64,000 nt of DNA from assembly GCA_964016885.1 (NCBI GenBank), contig OZ024740.1, forward strand, positions 368,218,001-368,282,000. Reading direction: 5' to 3'. The position numbers and the translations under genes are program-made. Below, one piece after another: positions 11,491 to 25,364 of this stretch. Within the stretch, counting starts at the first letter, position 1. Every line of letters starts with the position of its first letter. The DNA is from Eledone cirrhosa. Taxonomy: Eukaryota. The notes under the pieces are model-generated. The model had not been told where the DNA came from and ran no database searches. It was given only the letters and a program-made list of their open reading frames with translations.

Positions 11491-13890
11491 AGGAGAACAT
11501 GATATGAAGGCTAAAAAACACTTGTGGATAGTGCAGTTTTAAATCAACATATGAAAAGTGGTTTTAGAATGATGTGTGATATTGGGAAAAATATTTTATT
11601 TAGAGAGGGGGGGGTGGAAAGGATGAAATAGGGGAGGAGATGAGAGGGAGAGATGGGTGATAGAGAGAAAGAGATAGTTTTTATAACTGAGAGAAGATAT
11701 ATTGTTTTACATAGAGAGGTTGAAAACCGTTGGAAGATAATGTATAAATTAAAAGAATTTGAAAATTAACGAAGGGAAAGATATGTACGAGGAAAAAATA
11801 TTTTATTTAGGGAGGGGGGGGAGGATGAAAAAAAGGGGGAGGAGATGAGAGTGGAGAGGGAGAGATGGGTGATAGAGAGAAAGAGATAGTTTTTATAACA
11901 GAGAAAAGATATATTGTTTTACATAGAGAGGTTGAGAACAGTTGGAAGATAATGTATAAATTAAAAGAATTTGAAAATTAACGAAGGGAAAGATATTTGC
12001 GAGGAAAGAGAGGGAGTTTATGTATGAAGATAGAGAGAAAAAAATAATAATTGTGGATGAATATTCTAACGTCAAAAAGGTGTATGTTGATAAGTATTGT
12101 GGCAATTTCAAAATTAACGAAGAGAAAAAATTATTAAGGTTTGTGTGTAGAAGGATTTGAGAAAAATAATGTGAAGTTAAAGTTTGTATATTGAAGGAAT
12201 TGATAATATGTGCGAAGAAAGAGTTAATATGTATTAAGAATGAGTTCGTTGATGGGGAGTAAAAAAAAAAAAAATAAATAAATAAATAAATTAAGGATGA
12301 AATTGAGATTAAAAAGTTTTATGATAGAGAGAAAAAATAATAATAATTGCGGATGAATATTCTAACGTCAAAAAAACAAATGTATATGTGATGAAGGATT
12401 TTACAAGGTGAAGATAGAAAGAGGTAATGAGTAAATAAGTATTATAGAGTGTATAATGCCCTTTGAAGTAAGGTAGGAAGATGGGTATATTTTAAAGAGG
12501 TGTATGTATATGTGCCTTTGAGAAAAGATTCTAAATTGATAAAGCTCGTCTCTATAATCACCATTCATCTTTCAAATACAAACTTAAAAGAACCAACACG
12601 GCTCTCTCAGAACTCATATGGTCCTTGAAAGACAAAAACATTAAATATACCATCTTTGGAAGAAGGTTTCTTCTGCATCCTCATACTTGAACAGCTCTCT
12701 ATCTAAAATCTGTAATCTCTGCCTAAATGAAAAATTTACCAATATCTCTAATCTAGATTCTATAATAAATAGACGTACAGATTTGTTTTCTATCTGCCTG
12801 CATAAATTCCATAGGACTTTTCACAAAGTATACAGTTAATATTCAATTCTTTATCAATTTAGAATCTTTTCTCAAAGGCACATATACATACACCTCTTTA
12901 AAATATACCCATCTTCCTACCTTACTTCAAAGGGCATTATACACTCTATAATACTTGTTTACTCATTACCCTCTTTCTATCTTCACCTTGTAAAATCCTT
13001 CATAACATATACATTTGTTTTTTTGACGTTAGAATATTCATCCGCAATTATTATTATTTTTCTCTCTATCATAAAGCATTTTAATCTCAATTTCATCCTT
13101 AATTTATTATTATTTTTTTTTTTTTCTTTCTCCCCATCAACGAACTCATTCTTAATACATATTAACTCTTTCTTCGCACATATTATCAATTCCTTCAATA
13201 TACAAACTTTAACTTCACATTATTTTTCTCAAATCCTTCTACACACAAACCTTAATAATTTTTTCTCTTCGTTAATTTTGAAATTGCCACAATACTTATC
13301 AACATACACCTTTTTGACGTTAGAATATTCATCTACAATTATTATTTTTTTCTCTCTATCTTCATACATAAACTCCCTCTCTTTCCTCGCAAATATCTTT
13401 CCCTTCGTTAATTTTCAAATTCTTTTAATTTATACATTATCTTCCAACGGTTCTCAGCCTCTCTATGTAAAACAATATATCTTTTCTCAGTTATAAAAAC
13501 TATTTCTTTCTCTCTATCACCCATCTCTCCCTCTCCACACACATCTCCTCCCCCTTTTTTCATCCTTTCCACCCCCCTCCCTAAATAAAATATTTTTTCC
13601 TCGTACATATCTTTCCCTTCGTTAATTTTCAAATTCTTTTAATTTATACATTATCTTCCAACGGTTTTCAACCTCTCTATGTAAAACAATATATCTTCTC
13701 TCAGTTATAAAAACTATCTCTTTCTCTCTATCACCCATCTCTCCCTCTCATCTCCTCCCCTATTTCATCCCCCCCCCTCTCTAAATAAAATATTTTTCCC
13801 AATATCACACATCAATCTAAAACCAATTTTCATATGTTGATTTAAAACTGCACTATCCATAAGTGTTTTTTAGCCTTCATATGTTCTCCA

Positions 13891-13959
13891 GTTTTATCTG
13901 ATGAAAGCACAAATATTATTGCATGATGATGTTTGTTTTTGAAATGCGTATAATAAAAT
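13891..13959 (+). ncRNA. Minimal type I hammerhead ribozyme (mirror copy)
   Basis: gttttat-CTGATGA-...-GAAA-tgcgta-TA-ataaaat. Confidence 0.7.
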
Positions 13960-13990
13960 ACATGGAACTCCTTTAACCATCTTTTGATCT

Positions 13991-14051
<61 letters not shown>

Positions 14052-14054
<3 letters not shown>

Positions 14055-14215
14055 TAGTAAAAGGAAAAGAAAATGGTGACGAATTTTTCCCAGTGAAAAA
14101 TAGTTTAATTAGGAATAATAAAAAATTAGTAAAAATTAGTAAAAAATTAGTAAAAAGTATTAGTTAGTATTCACTGGGAAACATTTGTCAGCATTTTCTT
14201 TTCCTTTTACTAATA
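14052..14215. repeat. Fold-back fragment of the Neptune-type element terminus
   Basis: tattagtaaaaggaaaagaaaatg..cccagtgaa / ttcactggg..cattttcttttccttttactaata; homologous to 57112-57190 and 60700-60793. Confidence 0.8.
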
Positions 14216-14270
14216 TATCACAACTCGTGTGTTATACCTCTATTCTTTTAAATATATATATATATATTTA

Positions 14271-14373
14271 TAGCCGTCGAAACGGCTTGAGCTCAGCCGT
14301 CGTGGTCCTACTTGTTCCTATTACCTACTCTACTGCGTTATGGTCCTTCTGGTTCCTTACTACATTGCCTTCG

Positions 14374-14411
<38 letters not shown>

Positions 14412-14840
14412 CGAAGGAAATGTGGTAAGGAACCAGGTGGAACATAACGCACCAAACTACTCAATACTTAGGGTAGTAGAGTGGGTAATAGGAACGAGTA
14501 GGACCCCGACGGCTAATTCTGGACTAAATGAACATTTTTATCCTGGCATATGAATAGCCGAGCTTCCCAGGGGGTAATTCCATATATGGTAAAAGTGATT
14601 GTCACAAGGATTGGTCAAAAGTTTGTTGTTAAGACACATAATTCTATCATGGCAATTTGTGGAAGGAAGGGGTAGCTGAACCTGCCAGTTGAAGAAACAG
14701 GGAGAGGGATTGGAGGAAACCCAGTCGTGCGTTGATAGTGCCAACTACAGCAGGGCAAGTGGTCAAGCAAGTATACTAGGGAGGGGGAGGGGAGGAAGTC
14801 GAAACAATAAAAAAATAAATATGGAGTAAATATTTTTATT
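14271..14840. mobile_element. Two terminal-repeat fragments of the 2540-4641 PLE family, tail-to-tail on a (TA)n
   Basis: 14271-14375 matches 4512-4641; 14410-14840 matches the reverse terminus and 2540-2920. Confidence 0.85.
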
Positions 14841-15338
14841 TTTATTTTTTCTTCCACATTGACTTTTTATGTTCTTCATTATGCACGTTTTTTTCCTTTT
14901 TCTTTCTTCTTTTCACTTCATAAACCTTGTTTGTAAATAACATTATGCTTTCTGCACCTTCTGTTTAACATGTGTGATACCACACTAATACTATCACTAT
15001 CATTTGATAATGCATAACAATGCTGAAACCGGTAATAGACATTAATTAAATATATAAATAGATAAATAAATGTGATTGTTAAATAATAAATATATCAGCC
15101 AATACTCCACACAAAGTAAAACATTTCGTTTTAATCATTTTCTAACCCAGAAAAAAGAGAGAGAGAAACAAAAAAGAAAAAAAAAAATATTTTTCTTCCT
15201 AATTATCGTCCCTTTCTCCCTGTTTTCATATATATACATCTATATATATATATATATATAGTAATAATAATAAATGTGAAGACTAAAATCTAAAGAGCAG
15301 CGATTCTTTGCTTAAACTTTAATCTGTCATTTTAATAA

Positions 15339-15374
<36 letters not shown>

Positions 15375-16388
15375 TTATTTATTTATTTACTTATTCAACG
15401 GTCTACTATTGTGGTTAGTTTAATTTTCATGGAAGCGTGGCTTTTTTCCTGTTGCCGCCGTCGCCGTGGTGGGGTCATCACTGTTGTTGTTGTTGTTGGC
15501 GGTGGTGTTACCAATGGCTCAATACTGACATAGATGAGACCACCACTATTACGACGAACGGGTGGGTGATGGGCAGTGTTGGCGCGTGTTACCGTTGCCA
15601 TTGTTGTTGTTGTTTCTGTTGATACCACCAACTCTGTGTACCAACCTACCTCTAAAATCCTTTTTATTGCTTTGGCGTTGTCGCTGTTTACGGTCAACAG
15701 GGTGTTACTGTCACTGAGACGACTGTGACCTGTATACACGACATTGGTATGTGTTTTGGCTTTTGATTTCGGTTGTTGCTGTTGTTGTCGTTGTAAGTGT
15801 TTTACTGTGGCTGTTGCTTTAGCTGTTGTTGTCAATAGGGTGGTGGTATCACCACGACTATTACGACCAATGTAGACAACTAAGGTCGGTGGTCTGGTGT
15901 TACTGTTATCGTTGTTGTTGTAGTTGTTGTCTATAGGTGGTTGTCATCTAAATATATACCCCCCCCCACCCATCAGAGCACCTTTTATTGCTTCAACTGT
16001 CTACTGGGTTTTGGCTGCACACAGTTCTTCGTTTTTGTCGTCTATTTTCGTTGATAGCTTTTTCTAACAAACGCGACGGCTGGCAAACCCTTCAAGGAAC
16101 TCATATGTATGCTGGGGGCACAGGCATTAGGATGTGTGTTTTACTGCCAGCGACATATCAAGTATATCGATTTTCATCTGAGGAAACCGTTCTCATAATC
16201 AACAGAAAATGTATGAAGGACATCTCGATTGCACGGAGAACCCTGGAAATAATTATTATGATTAAACGATATATATAACCTCAGCATACCTTTTTGTTAT
16301 TTTTATAAAATTCTCCATCGTAACTAAAAACAACGATTGTTGAGAGCTTTCTCCTGCTTACTCCTGCTTTTACCAAAACAATCTTTTC

Positions 16389-16526
<138 letters not shown>

Positions 16527-17718
16527 ACGTGAAACTATCCGAAGTTTGGTGTAGATACGTAAAAAACCCTTTATTAATTATGCTGCCATACATATTTAAA
16601 TGGAGATCTTTCGTTAATCTCTTTGATTAGTCTTAGCATTTTAAAATAATTATGTTCATGGATACCGTTTTAATAATTGTTAGGGCATCGCACAAATCAT
16701 CTTATTTATAATTATATCTACTTGCCATCCCATTTTCATCCAACTGTGCCCGCCTCCTCCAGAGATTAGTTGCAATAGGTTATTGTCAATTTCAATTAAA
16801 TACACCCTTCTAAAATGTGCATGATTTAATGTCAAATTTAGGATTGGTGATCTAAAAATAAATAGTTGTGCATGTTAATTAATTAAAATATTACATGGCC
16901 TAAATTATGTTTTTGTCTGTGAAGCTTCCAACTACTTAACTTTATAATCTAGTACATTTAATCAACAAAACCACATTTCACACGACATGGAGTCGTGCCA
17001 AATTGTTATGGATTATTATTCTATTTTCTTCCATGTTCCCAATGGCGTTTACGTGTTGCATCTTTTAATATTACGGCAACATATGGGATCGGCTGAAACT
17101 AATTCAGTTAACTGTGAGATATGTACAATTATTTCACACGTTTGAACTTGCTTCAATATATAGTTTACATTCAAATCAGATATACGAGTGTTATGATATT
17201 GATACACTTGAGGGCGACGTAATATCCTACCGCCACAAGGAATAATGTGTGTATGTATGTATTTACGTGTGTATGTACCTATGTATACACACATACACAC
17301 ACCCACACACATATATATATATATAGTATAAATAGTGTATTAGGAAAAATTAAGCAAGAAGAGATAAGATTTGAAGACACAGATATTATATTATATTCCC
17401 TAACGCGTGTTTAATCGCTGATACGCAATCACCTACGAGGACAGACATATGTGTTAGAATATCTTATGTCATAAATCTTTCATCAAATCTCATCTCTTCT
17501 TTACTTGTTTTATTCTAATACTGAATTTTTACTCAATTACTCCGTGAAATTCTTGTTGGAACCTTGTACCATACTCCATGATTCAACATCAGGATCCATG
17601 TTGAGCAAAACTCAATGGTAGGTTGTTTATTTACCATATGTTGATATATTTACTCAACAGAAATACGAATTAAACAACATATATAGTGTATATATGTATG
17701 CACCCACACCCACACATA

Positions 17719-17816
<98 letters not shown>

Positions 17817-18179
17817 TCATGCGTATTCCTGTGTTTATGAGTAATTACAATTGCATATTTAAATAGCGTTACGCCTTTACTAAAATTAAAACAATATGCC
17901 ACATAAAATATCAAAAGAAACTCAATTTATACCCATTGTTTAATTGTGAATATGTTAAGACTATCTCAATTTAGAAAGAATTAGACAATATTTTAATGTA
18001 ATGGCATGCAATACCTATTACACCTTTTCGTAATGAAACGTATGTAACTATAAATACTTAATAGTTTCTGGAACAATATGCATAGAAGCTCTTAATGAAA
18101 CCATTATTCATAATACCCTTCATGTTAAAATCAAATTTCTTTCCGGTTTTTAAGATACGCATAAGTTGTTTGATGGTAT

Positions 18180-18790
18180 TTAGCCGTCTCATGCGGTTCT
18201 CGGCCTCCCGATCTGCGAGCTACAACAACGTCGCTGTGAATCCACCCTGGACTCTCTCGGCCTTCACCCGCTTTCCTGTCGCCACAGTGCCGGCCGCCTT
18301 CCACGCCATGCTGCCCTCAACGAGGTCATAAAGCATGGCTTGGACGCTGCAGGCTTCCCTTCGCAGCTCGAGCCGGTGGGGCTGGACCCAGGGGACGGCA
18401 AAAGGCCAGATTGGATGTCAAGCTTCCCGTTCCGCGGTGGCAAACCCGTCGTCTGGGATGCCACTTGCACCGACACTTTCTGCAACCGCAACCTGGTGCA
18501 GTCTTCGACTAGCTCAGGTTCTGCTGCTCGTCGGGCTGAGGAGGCCAAACTCCTCAAATACCAGTCGCTCTCCGACATGTTTGCGGTTGTATCCTTTGCA
18601 GTGGAAACTTGTGGTGTCCTCGGCTATAGGGCTACCCCCCTACTCACCACCATAGGCACTGAGCTGGCCAGCCGCTGGTGTGAGCCCCGCGAATTGGAGT
18701 GGCTTTTCCAGTGCGTCTCCCTTGCCAGCCTCCGAGGAAACACCTTCTCCATTCTGTCCGCCGAGGCTGTGGGGATACAAGCCGATTATA
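18180..18790 (+). mobile_element. CRE-clade non-LTR retrotransposon 3' fragment (RLE domain)
   Basis: LHPLSCRHSAGRLPRHAALNEVIKHGLDAAGFPSQLEPVGLDPGDGKRPD..WDATCTDT..AVETCG..SLASLRGN. Confidence 0.85.
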
Positions 18791-21663
18791 TTACGAATTC
18801 TTTTGAATAGTCTTAAATACGTTTACTTGAGTTCAATACGATCAGAAGCCGACGCAGTTGAGGCTGTGTAACTGGTGACGAAGGGGGAGATATAGTTATG
18901 GTGATGCTTCATTTTTGTCAAGATATCCTTGGGTACCATTTGATTAAATCGACATCTAAATCTGACTAATGGGCTGAAAAATAATATACAACGCCGTCAC
19001 CACCACAACTACTACAGTTACTACTAATATGCTTTAAAATAATATAGAGTATAAATTAATGTGACTTGGCTAGCAGTGTAAATGACACGCATATACTTCC
19101 ATTTCAGCTTTTCAATGTACCTCTAATATGCAAATGTCGAACAAATTATTACTTTAGATATCTGTTATCAGTAAAGTTATGTCTTCCCAGCAGGTTAAAA
19201 TGTCAATGCTGCACAAAATATTCCGGCTTTAAAATTCATAGAATATCACTCGGTAATTTGACTAAATTACAAATTATGAACAATTTGACGAGTAGAAATT
19301 ATACAGTATTTTTGTATTAAAAAAACAACAAGCAGTTAACACCTTGAAATGCAAAGCCATAACAATTTAATATTGTCAATTGACAATCGTTTGTATAGTT
19401 GTTTAATAGAATTGGAAATAATTCTTAAAATTTTGGGCGTTAGTCTTTCACCGGAAAATTGAAACAGAGAGCGTGAAGATAGTAGTAATTTATCGAATAC
19501 TTTTCAAGAAATGTATGTACAGATGCATTTTAAGAAGCGTACTGTAGGGGAATAGTGCAATCCAGAAATTCAAGGAAGAAAAGAGAAATGATAAATATCA
19601 GTTTCTTTTAACTATAACTTTCTCTTGAATTTGAAGGAGTGGTGGAAATTCTGTATTTATTCATATCGCTTAGGGATGTCTGAGAATCGGCTAGAAAACT
19701 TGCGTGTTATTAGTTCGATTTGGCTCTGCGGGTATGTTATGAACAACAACAATAAAGCAGCTTGTTACTGTTTAATATGGAAAGAATCTTCTCCCAGGAC
19801 ATATTTAGAACGCTTCCCGAATGTTATTTATGAGATGAAAGCCATAAACTCTGAAGAGAAGGACTTGTAACTTAAAACATTAGCAATCAGTTTTGAATAG
19901 TTTTCTTCTGTCATGGGAGATGCAAAACATACTTTATCTATGTTTGATAATAACTATTGCCGATATTTCTTTTCGATTAGCTATCCAGTGATATTACTTG
20001 GTTTTATCTTAAGTATTCTATCGAGTACACAACACAGTGTGAAAACATCGATAAAGAAAATTATATAATAGATGATGGATATGAAAAAAATATTAAATAT
20101 GTTTGTCAAAATATGTAGCGGTGCTTAGTTATATGCTATATTACGTTGTCAGTTTGAGCACTGCAGAAATCAACATTTCACTCTTGTGGTATTGAGAAAT
20201 AGAAGTACAATTTAAATATTAGTTTCTCTATAAATGGGTTTTCCTCTCACTCGAAAATATGTTCTTTTTGATCTAATCAGAAATCAATTAGATTATAGAA
20301 TATAATATGTATTCAATGTTTTTCGCATCTTCCCAGTAAACATATCTAGCCGTCATCTCACCGGAATTTAGCCCAACTTTATACATAACATGCATCCGTA
20401 GTTTCAGTAGTAGATTTTAGTTTTTTAAAAAGAAAAAAAATCATTAATATGTCTTTGTTGAATTATACAACTGACATTCATATCAGAGTTGTGCCTGCGC
20501 TGAACCAATTTATCCTTGCAATAATAATTTCAATAAAACCTATTCTCCGTTACTTGAATTAATAACAATAAAAAAAAAAGAAAAAGAGAAAAGTTGATTC
20601 AATCTAAATGCGTAAATAATACCATCTATGAAATAGAAAATTAATATCCAAAGCAACCTCCAGAGAAACTTATACACTCATATAAATTGCTTGACAAAAT
20701 CCTTTGAGATTATGATCAGCTATATTCGAAATCAAAGGTAAAATTGATATGGTTTGGAATTAAAACATCAAGATCAAGTGTTAAAATCACAAGGGATACA
20801 ACAATAACATGGGGTCTATATTATTGCAAGATTCCATTCTTATATTATATTTGCATTCATGTTGTTTTTAGATGACAGCTCTATTTGATAACCTTACTCA
20901 TATTGATTGGTGTACTATTCATTTTGCAAATAACCATACGTTTATTTGTAAAGAGACACGACAGCTCGCAGTTATATGTTGCTTCAAATATCCTGGTGTG
21001 TATCATGCATTGAATTTCAGTATTTATATATTTCTTTAAACGCACACGCATATCTTCTTCCATCTTCCTATTACATTTTCTTTTCATATCTTTTAATATC
21101 TCTTTCACCCTATTTCTCCCTCCCTTTTCTCCCCTACAGAAACACGTTCATATTCACACACAAATAAATACACACACACGCACACACATACACTAACATA
21201 GATTTATTGTCAACTTGTATTATTTTCCAGTTCCTCGTAAAAAGCGTTTGTAGTTTATTCATACAAGGAGAATACAGAGAAGAGAAATAATAAAGAGAAA
21301 ACAATTAAGGCACTTTCCATGAAAATAGTAAAATAATGTATTAGTGCTATATGTATATACTCAGCAAAAATATCATCGTGCATTTAAAGATTACATCAGT
21401 TCTGCAATCATTCTATCATCTTACACATTGCTTCACTATCTTTGCCCAAACGTGTTTGCCGTTGTAACACACTTTCAGATCAATATCCATAGAAATTAGT
21501 TCAGGTAGTTAATGAACCAACATCCATTATCTATTTTCAATTGGAATATTTATCAAAAGAGTACGGATGGAGCGATATTGATATTCTTTGAAGATCAAGT
21601 TTATTAAATATAGGCCGAACAAAAAAGGCGGCTGTTTACAAAATATTATTATACTTACACACG

Positions 21664-21852
21664 GGCGGTGGATTGGCAGTATCGGTAGAGAGTCGGACAC
21701 CATGCTTTGAAGCATAGAGTTACATCCCTTTATGATCTGAGTTCAAATCCCGCCGAGGTTAACTTTGCCTTTCATCCTTACGGGGTCGACAAAATAAAGT
21801 ACCAGTAATGTACTGGGTAATTGCTGGCCTTGTGCCACAAATAGAAACAATC
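21664..21852 (+). mobile_element. SINE copy with 14-bp TSD
   Basis: Family consensus; attatacttacaca at 21648 and 21853. Confidence 0.9.
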
Positions 21853-22174
21853 ATTATACTTACACAAACATAACATTGATGGATTAAACAGTAATGTTAT
21901 GATACGAACAATGTTTTAATTCCATGATTCTAAAATTTATAGATCTCAAATTCAGAATAACGATCGACTTCTTAAAAAACTGTTTGTTTACTGAAAGATC
22001 AAAATTATAAACATTACCTAATTAATTCATTCTAAACAACAATAGCGTGCTAAAACCCGTCTGTTCGTGAGATATAATATGTATGATATTTTAATGGTAA
22101 TTACTGAGAAAATATGATTCATGAAATAAATATGGTAGCGTAGTTTTAATATTGGAAATTGGTTTGAAATATGG

Positions 22175-22380
22175 TTTCTAAGTTAGGCAAAAGGCCAACA
22201 ATTTTGGGCGAGGAGACATTTAATTCAATCGACTCCAATGCGTTATTGGTGTTTTATTGAATATTTAGATGAAAAGGCAAAGCTAACCTCGGCGGGATTT
22301 GAACTCAGAATGTGAAGAGATGTCACTCTATGCTGCAAAGAAAGACGTCCTACTCTCTACCAATACTGCCAATCCACCAC
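22175..22380 (-). mobile_element. SINE copy (older, diverged)
   Basis: Reverse match to the family consensus. Confidence 0.8.
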
Positions 22381-22400
22381 ACTACATTGATTTAAATAAT

Positions 22401-22614
22401 GATTCTTATCTAGGCACAAGGCCAGTAATATTCTTTGGGGGGAGTGGATTAAATTGACCCCAGTACGTTACTGGTGCTTTATTTTATCGATCCCGTAAGG
22501 ATGAAAGGCAAATTAACCTCGGCGGGATTTGAACTCAGAACGTAAAGGGTCATAACTCTATGTTACACAACATGGCGTCCGACCCTCTACCGATACTGCC
22601 AATCCACCACCCTC
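22401..22614 (-). mobile_element. SINE copy with 17-bp flanking direct repeat
   Basis: acattgatttaaataat at 22384 and 22615. Confidence 0.9.
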
Positions 22615-23999
22615 ACATTGATTTAAATAATAAAAAGCGAAACTAACATGAGATTTATTCGTTCTGTATTCTTAGTGTCAGACGAACTTACGCAAAATCA
22701 AATAAGATATCTTGCAATTATTATTCTATGCTGTATTCTATGAAGAATGACATTGATTATTGTAATTATACAGATTAATGCATGTCACCAACTTTCCCTC
22801 CTAACATATCTTTACTAAGGAATCCAGCCCGTCAACATAAAGGCATTCTATTTGTTGGTTCATATATAGTGTTTTTATTTAAGAAATATGAATAGGAGTT
22901 AATGCAAAACTCATTGTTTCAGTTTATCTTAATCACTGCTATACTCTCTGTTAATTTCTAATTTGCATTGTTCTGGACTTTTTGAAATACGTTTATCAAG
23001 ATAACACACACTACTCCGTTTATACTCTGCTACATTTTTCTACCTTTTGTGTTAATTTTTGCTGTACACGTCCCCATTCAATTTCGTGAAAATGGTTATC
23101 TGCTTATGGCTTACAAGGTACGAACTATGATCTTATTTTAAGCACTTGATTACATGCAGAGATTTACATACACGATGGAGTGACTAGGAAGAGGTAGGTT
23201 ATCGTATATGCTCTATATTGACGCACAAAATAACAGAACATGAAACGCTATTTAAAATTAACATAGGCATATATAGAGTAGATATGTTAACACTATCTAT
23301 AATAAATCAATCATACATGTATTACTAGTAAAATATATACATATTTCTCTTTCATATCTAAATAACTATTAAATATGTTTTATTTATTAAATTAAATAAA
23401 CTGATATTCATATTTGAAATTTCTCTGGAAGATTGTCTCTATATATAATTAGTTTTCATATTTTTATGTCATTTTCTTATTAATGTGTCTACACTCCCCA
23501 CTTTAATACACATGAAAACAAGAAAATATCATCAAATTGTGACGGTAATTTGAAGCGTTTGTCTGAAATACGATAAGTAGCAAAAGAATATCCTGTAAAT
23601 TACCATCAAGGAAAATTCAGTGACGTTCGAGTATGTTTTCCCGATTATAAGAAATGACGAATGGCTGCACCTCCTTTTGGTTATCAATCTGATTGAAAAG
23701 ATTGGATCTTCGTCAGCAACATATATTTGCTTTCCTGAACTTATGAAAATATTAACTATATAGTTAAATTCTATTTTCATCATTTCATAGTGGTTTTGCA
23801 ATCCCCCGCTAGATCACACTTGCCTGGAACAATACTATACGTCATGAAATTGTATGGTGTATACAAACTTCGGTACATATAACCACAAGCCAGCAACGCG
23901 TAGGCAATTAAAACTCTAATACACACACAGACACACAAACACACACATACACATACACAGACACACACACATACATAAATGCATACATAAAATGCATAC

Positions 24000-24690
24000 A
24001 TACTGCAAATAATCCTTGGAGGAAACCTTGCACGCTTATTAGGAAAATGTCATGCATGGCTATGTTTCCAGGACATTCCAATGTGAGTGTACCACAGATA
24101 AACAAATCAGACTATCTCACACAAGAACCGATATGGTGACTCTCACTTTGAAGATATACTTTTATAACCCGAGAACAGAAATTAACAACGAAATAGCAAA
24201 TGCCAAAATAGGATAGATATGCATGCCCAAAACCTCGATGTGACAACAGATGCTGGCTGCGGAAAAAAACATCGAAAATATAACCCACATCATAAGCTGC
24301 TATCCAAAGATGTTATCACGACACTATCTGCATGTGAGACATCGAACATTGTCGAAATCACTATACAGCGTGATACATAGAAATGATATCGCTGAGAATA
24401 TACGTATAAGATGCTACAGTGATATGGAGGACATATGCGTATAATATATAAAAGAGTTTAGTTTTAATGTGTCAGACAAATGCGATTATAACACATCAGA
24501 CATAGCGATATAGCATAGAGGAAAGAAAGCATGCAGAATAGTGGAAATTAGCTGTCAAGCAGATGTAAGTACAATGTTAAAGATTAGCAAAAATGAGAAT
24601 AAATATATAGATACTAGACACTGAATATACTTTTTCATGTTTAATTGTCATAGTTGTGGGTCTGGGATATGTTATTAATTGTCGTCCGAG
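24000..24690 (+). mobile_element. Decayed RLE-type (R4/Dong-like) LINE 3' fragment
   Basis: Across frameshifts: DNRCWL..ENITHIISCYPKMLSRHYL.VRH (zinc knuckle-RH) then YNTSDIAI...IVEISC (decayed PD..D/E region). Confidence 0.55.
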
Positions 24691-24699
24691 CTTTATATG

Positions 24700-25000
24700 A
24701 TAAAATGGAAACAAGTCCTTTGCGATGAATTACTGTGCGATCACACTCACCTCTCATATTATTAAGATAGTTGAGAGAGTGGTGAGATCACGAATAACTT
24801 ACTTCCTTGAAAGCAAAAATCTGCTGAACTCCAACCAACATAGGTTCCGTAATGGCAAGGAATACCTAACGCAGCTCTTGCATAAATTTGATGATATTCT
24901 AAGAGTTTTAGGAGATGTTCCAATGCTGATGTCATATACCTTGATTTCAGCAAGGCTTTTGACAGGATTTATCACAATATTCCATTGAAAAACTATTGAC
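24700..25000 (+). mobile_element. CR1-like LINE RT fragment
   Basis: NYCAITLTSHIIKIVER..LLNSNQHRFR..LTQLL../ADVIYLDFSKAFD. Confidence 0.85.
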
Positions 25001-25175
25001 GCTAGACAAGTAGTTGGTTTTGATTGTTTTATGGGACTTTTTTTGTGCTTGCTTGTTAGAGACAGTAATAGTGGGAAGATGGTTCATTAGTTTAATAGCA
25101 GAGGTTGATGCTGTGTGGCAACTTGAAGATGTTTTTTTGTATCTCTTTTGCCAAGTTTATCATGGCTAAAATAAT

Positions 25176-25364
25176 TGTTTCTACTTTTGGCACAAGGCCA
25201 GCAATTTTCCCAGTGTATTCCTGGTACTTTATTTTATCGACCCCGTAAGGATGAAAGGCAAAGTTAACCTCGGCGGGATTTGAACTCAGATCATAAAGGG
25301 AGGTAACTCTATGCTTCAAAGCATGGCGTCCCGACCCTCTACCGATACTGCCAATCCACCGCCC
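25176..25364 (-). mobile_element. SINE copy with 18-bp TSD
   Basis: tatcatggctaaaataat at 25158 and 25365. Confidence 0.9.

Larger units (their letters stand above)
11297..14000 (+). mobile_element. Penelope-like (Naiad-type) element reduced to a ~1.16-kb inverted repeat around the endonuclease C-terminus
   Basis: Arms 11383-12544 and 12849-13999 are reverse complements; the spacer encodes KARLYNHHSSF..TALSELIWSLKDKNI../W..CNLCLNEK..INRRTDL..CLH; (TA)n on both sides. Confidence 0.9.

Noticed and set aside
13023-13496. 157-aa hydrophobic ORF
   Set aside because: It lies in an AT-rich palindrome arm, is interrupted by a stop in the mirror arm, and has no recognisable domain.
15395-15950. Thr/Gln-rich 146-aa ORF
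   Set aside because: Low-complexity (GTT)n-derived sequence without splice or domain support.
19625-19870. MSENRLENLRVIS resembling a hAT dimerisation motif
   Set aside because: Too short, with no supporting transposase motifs or terminal inverted repeats.
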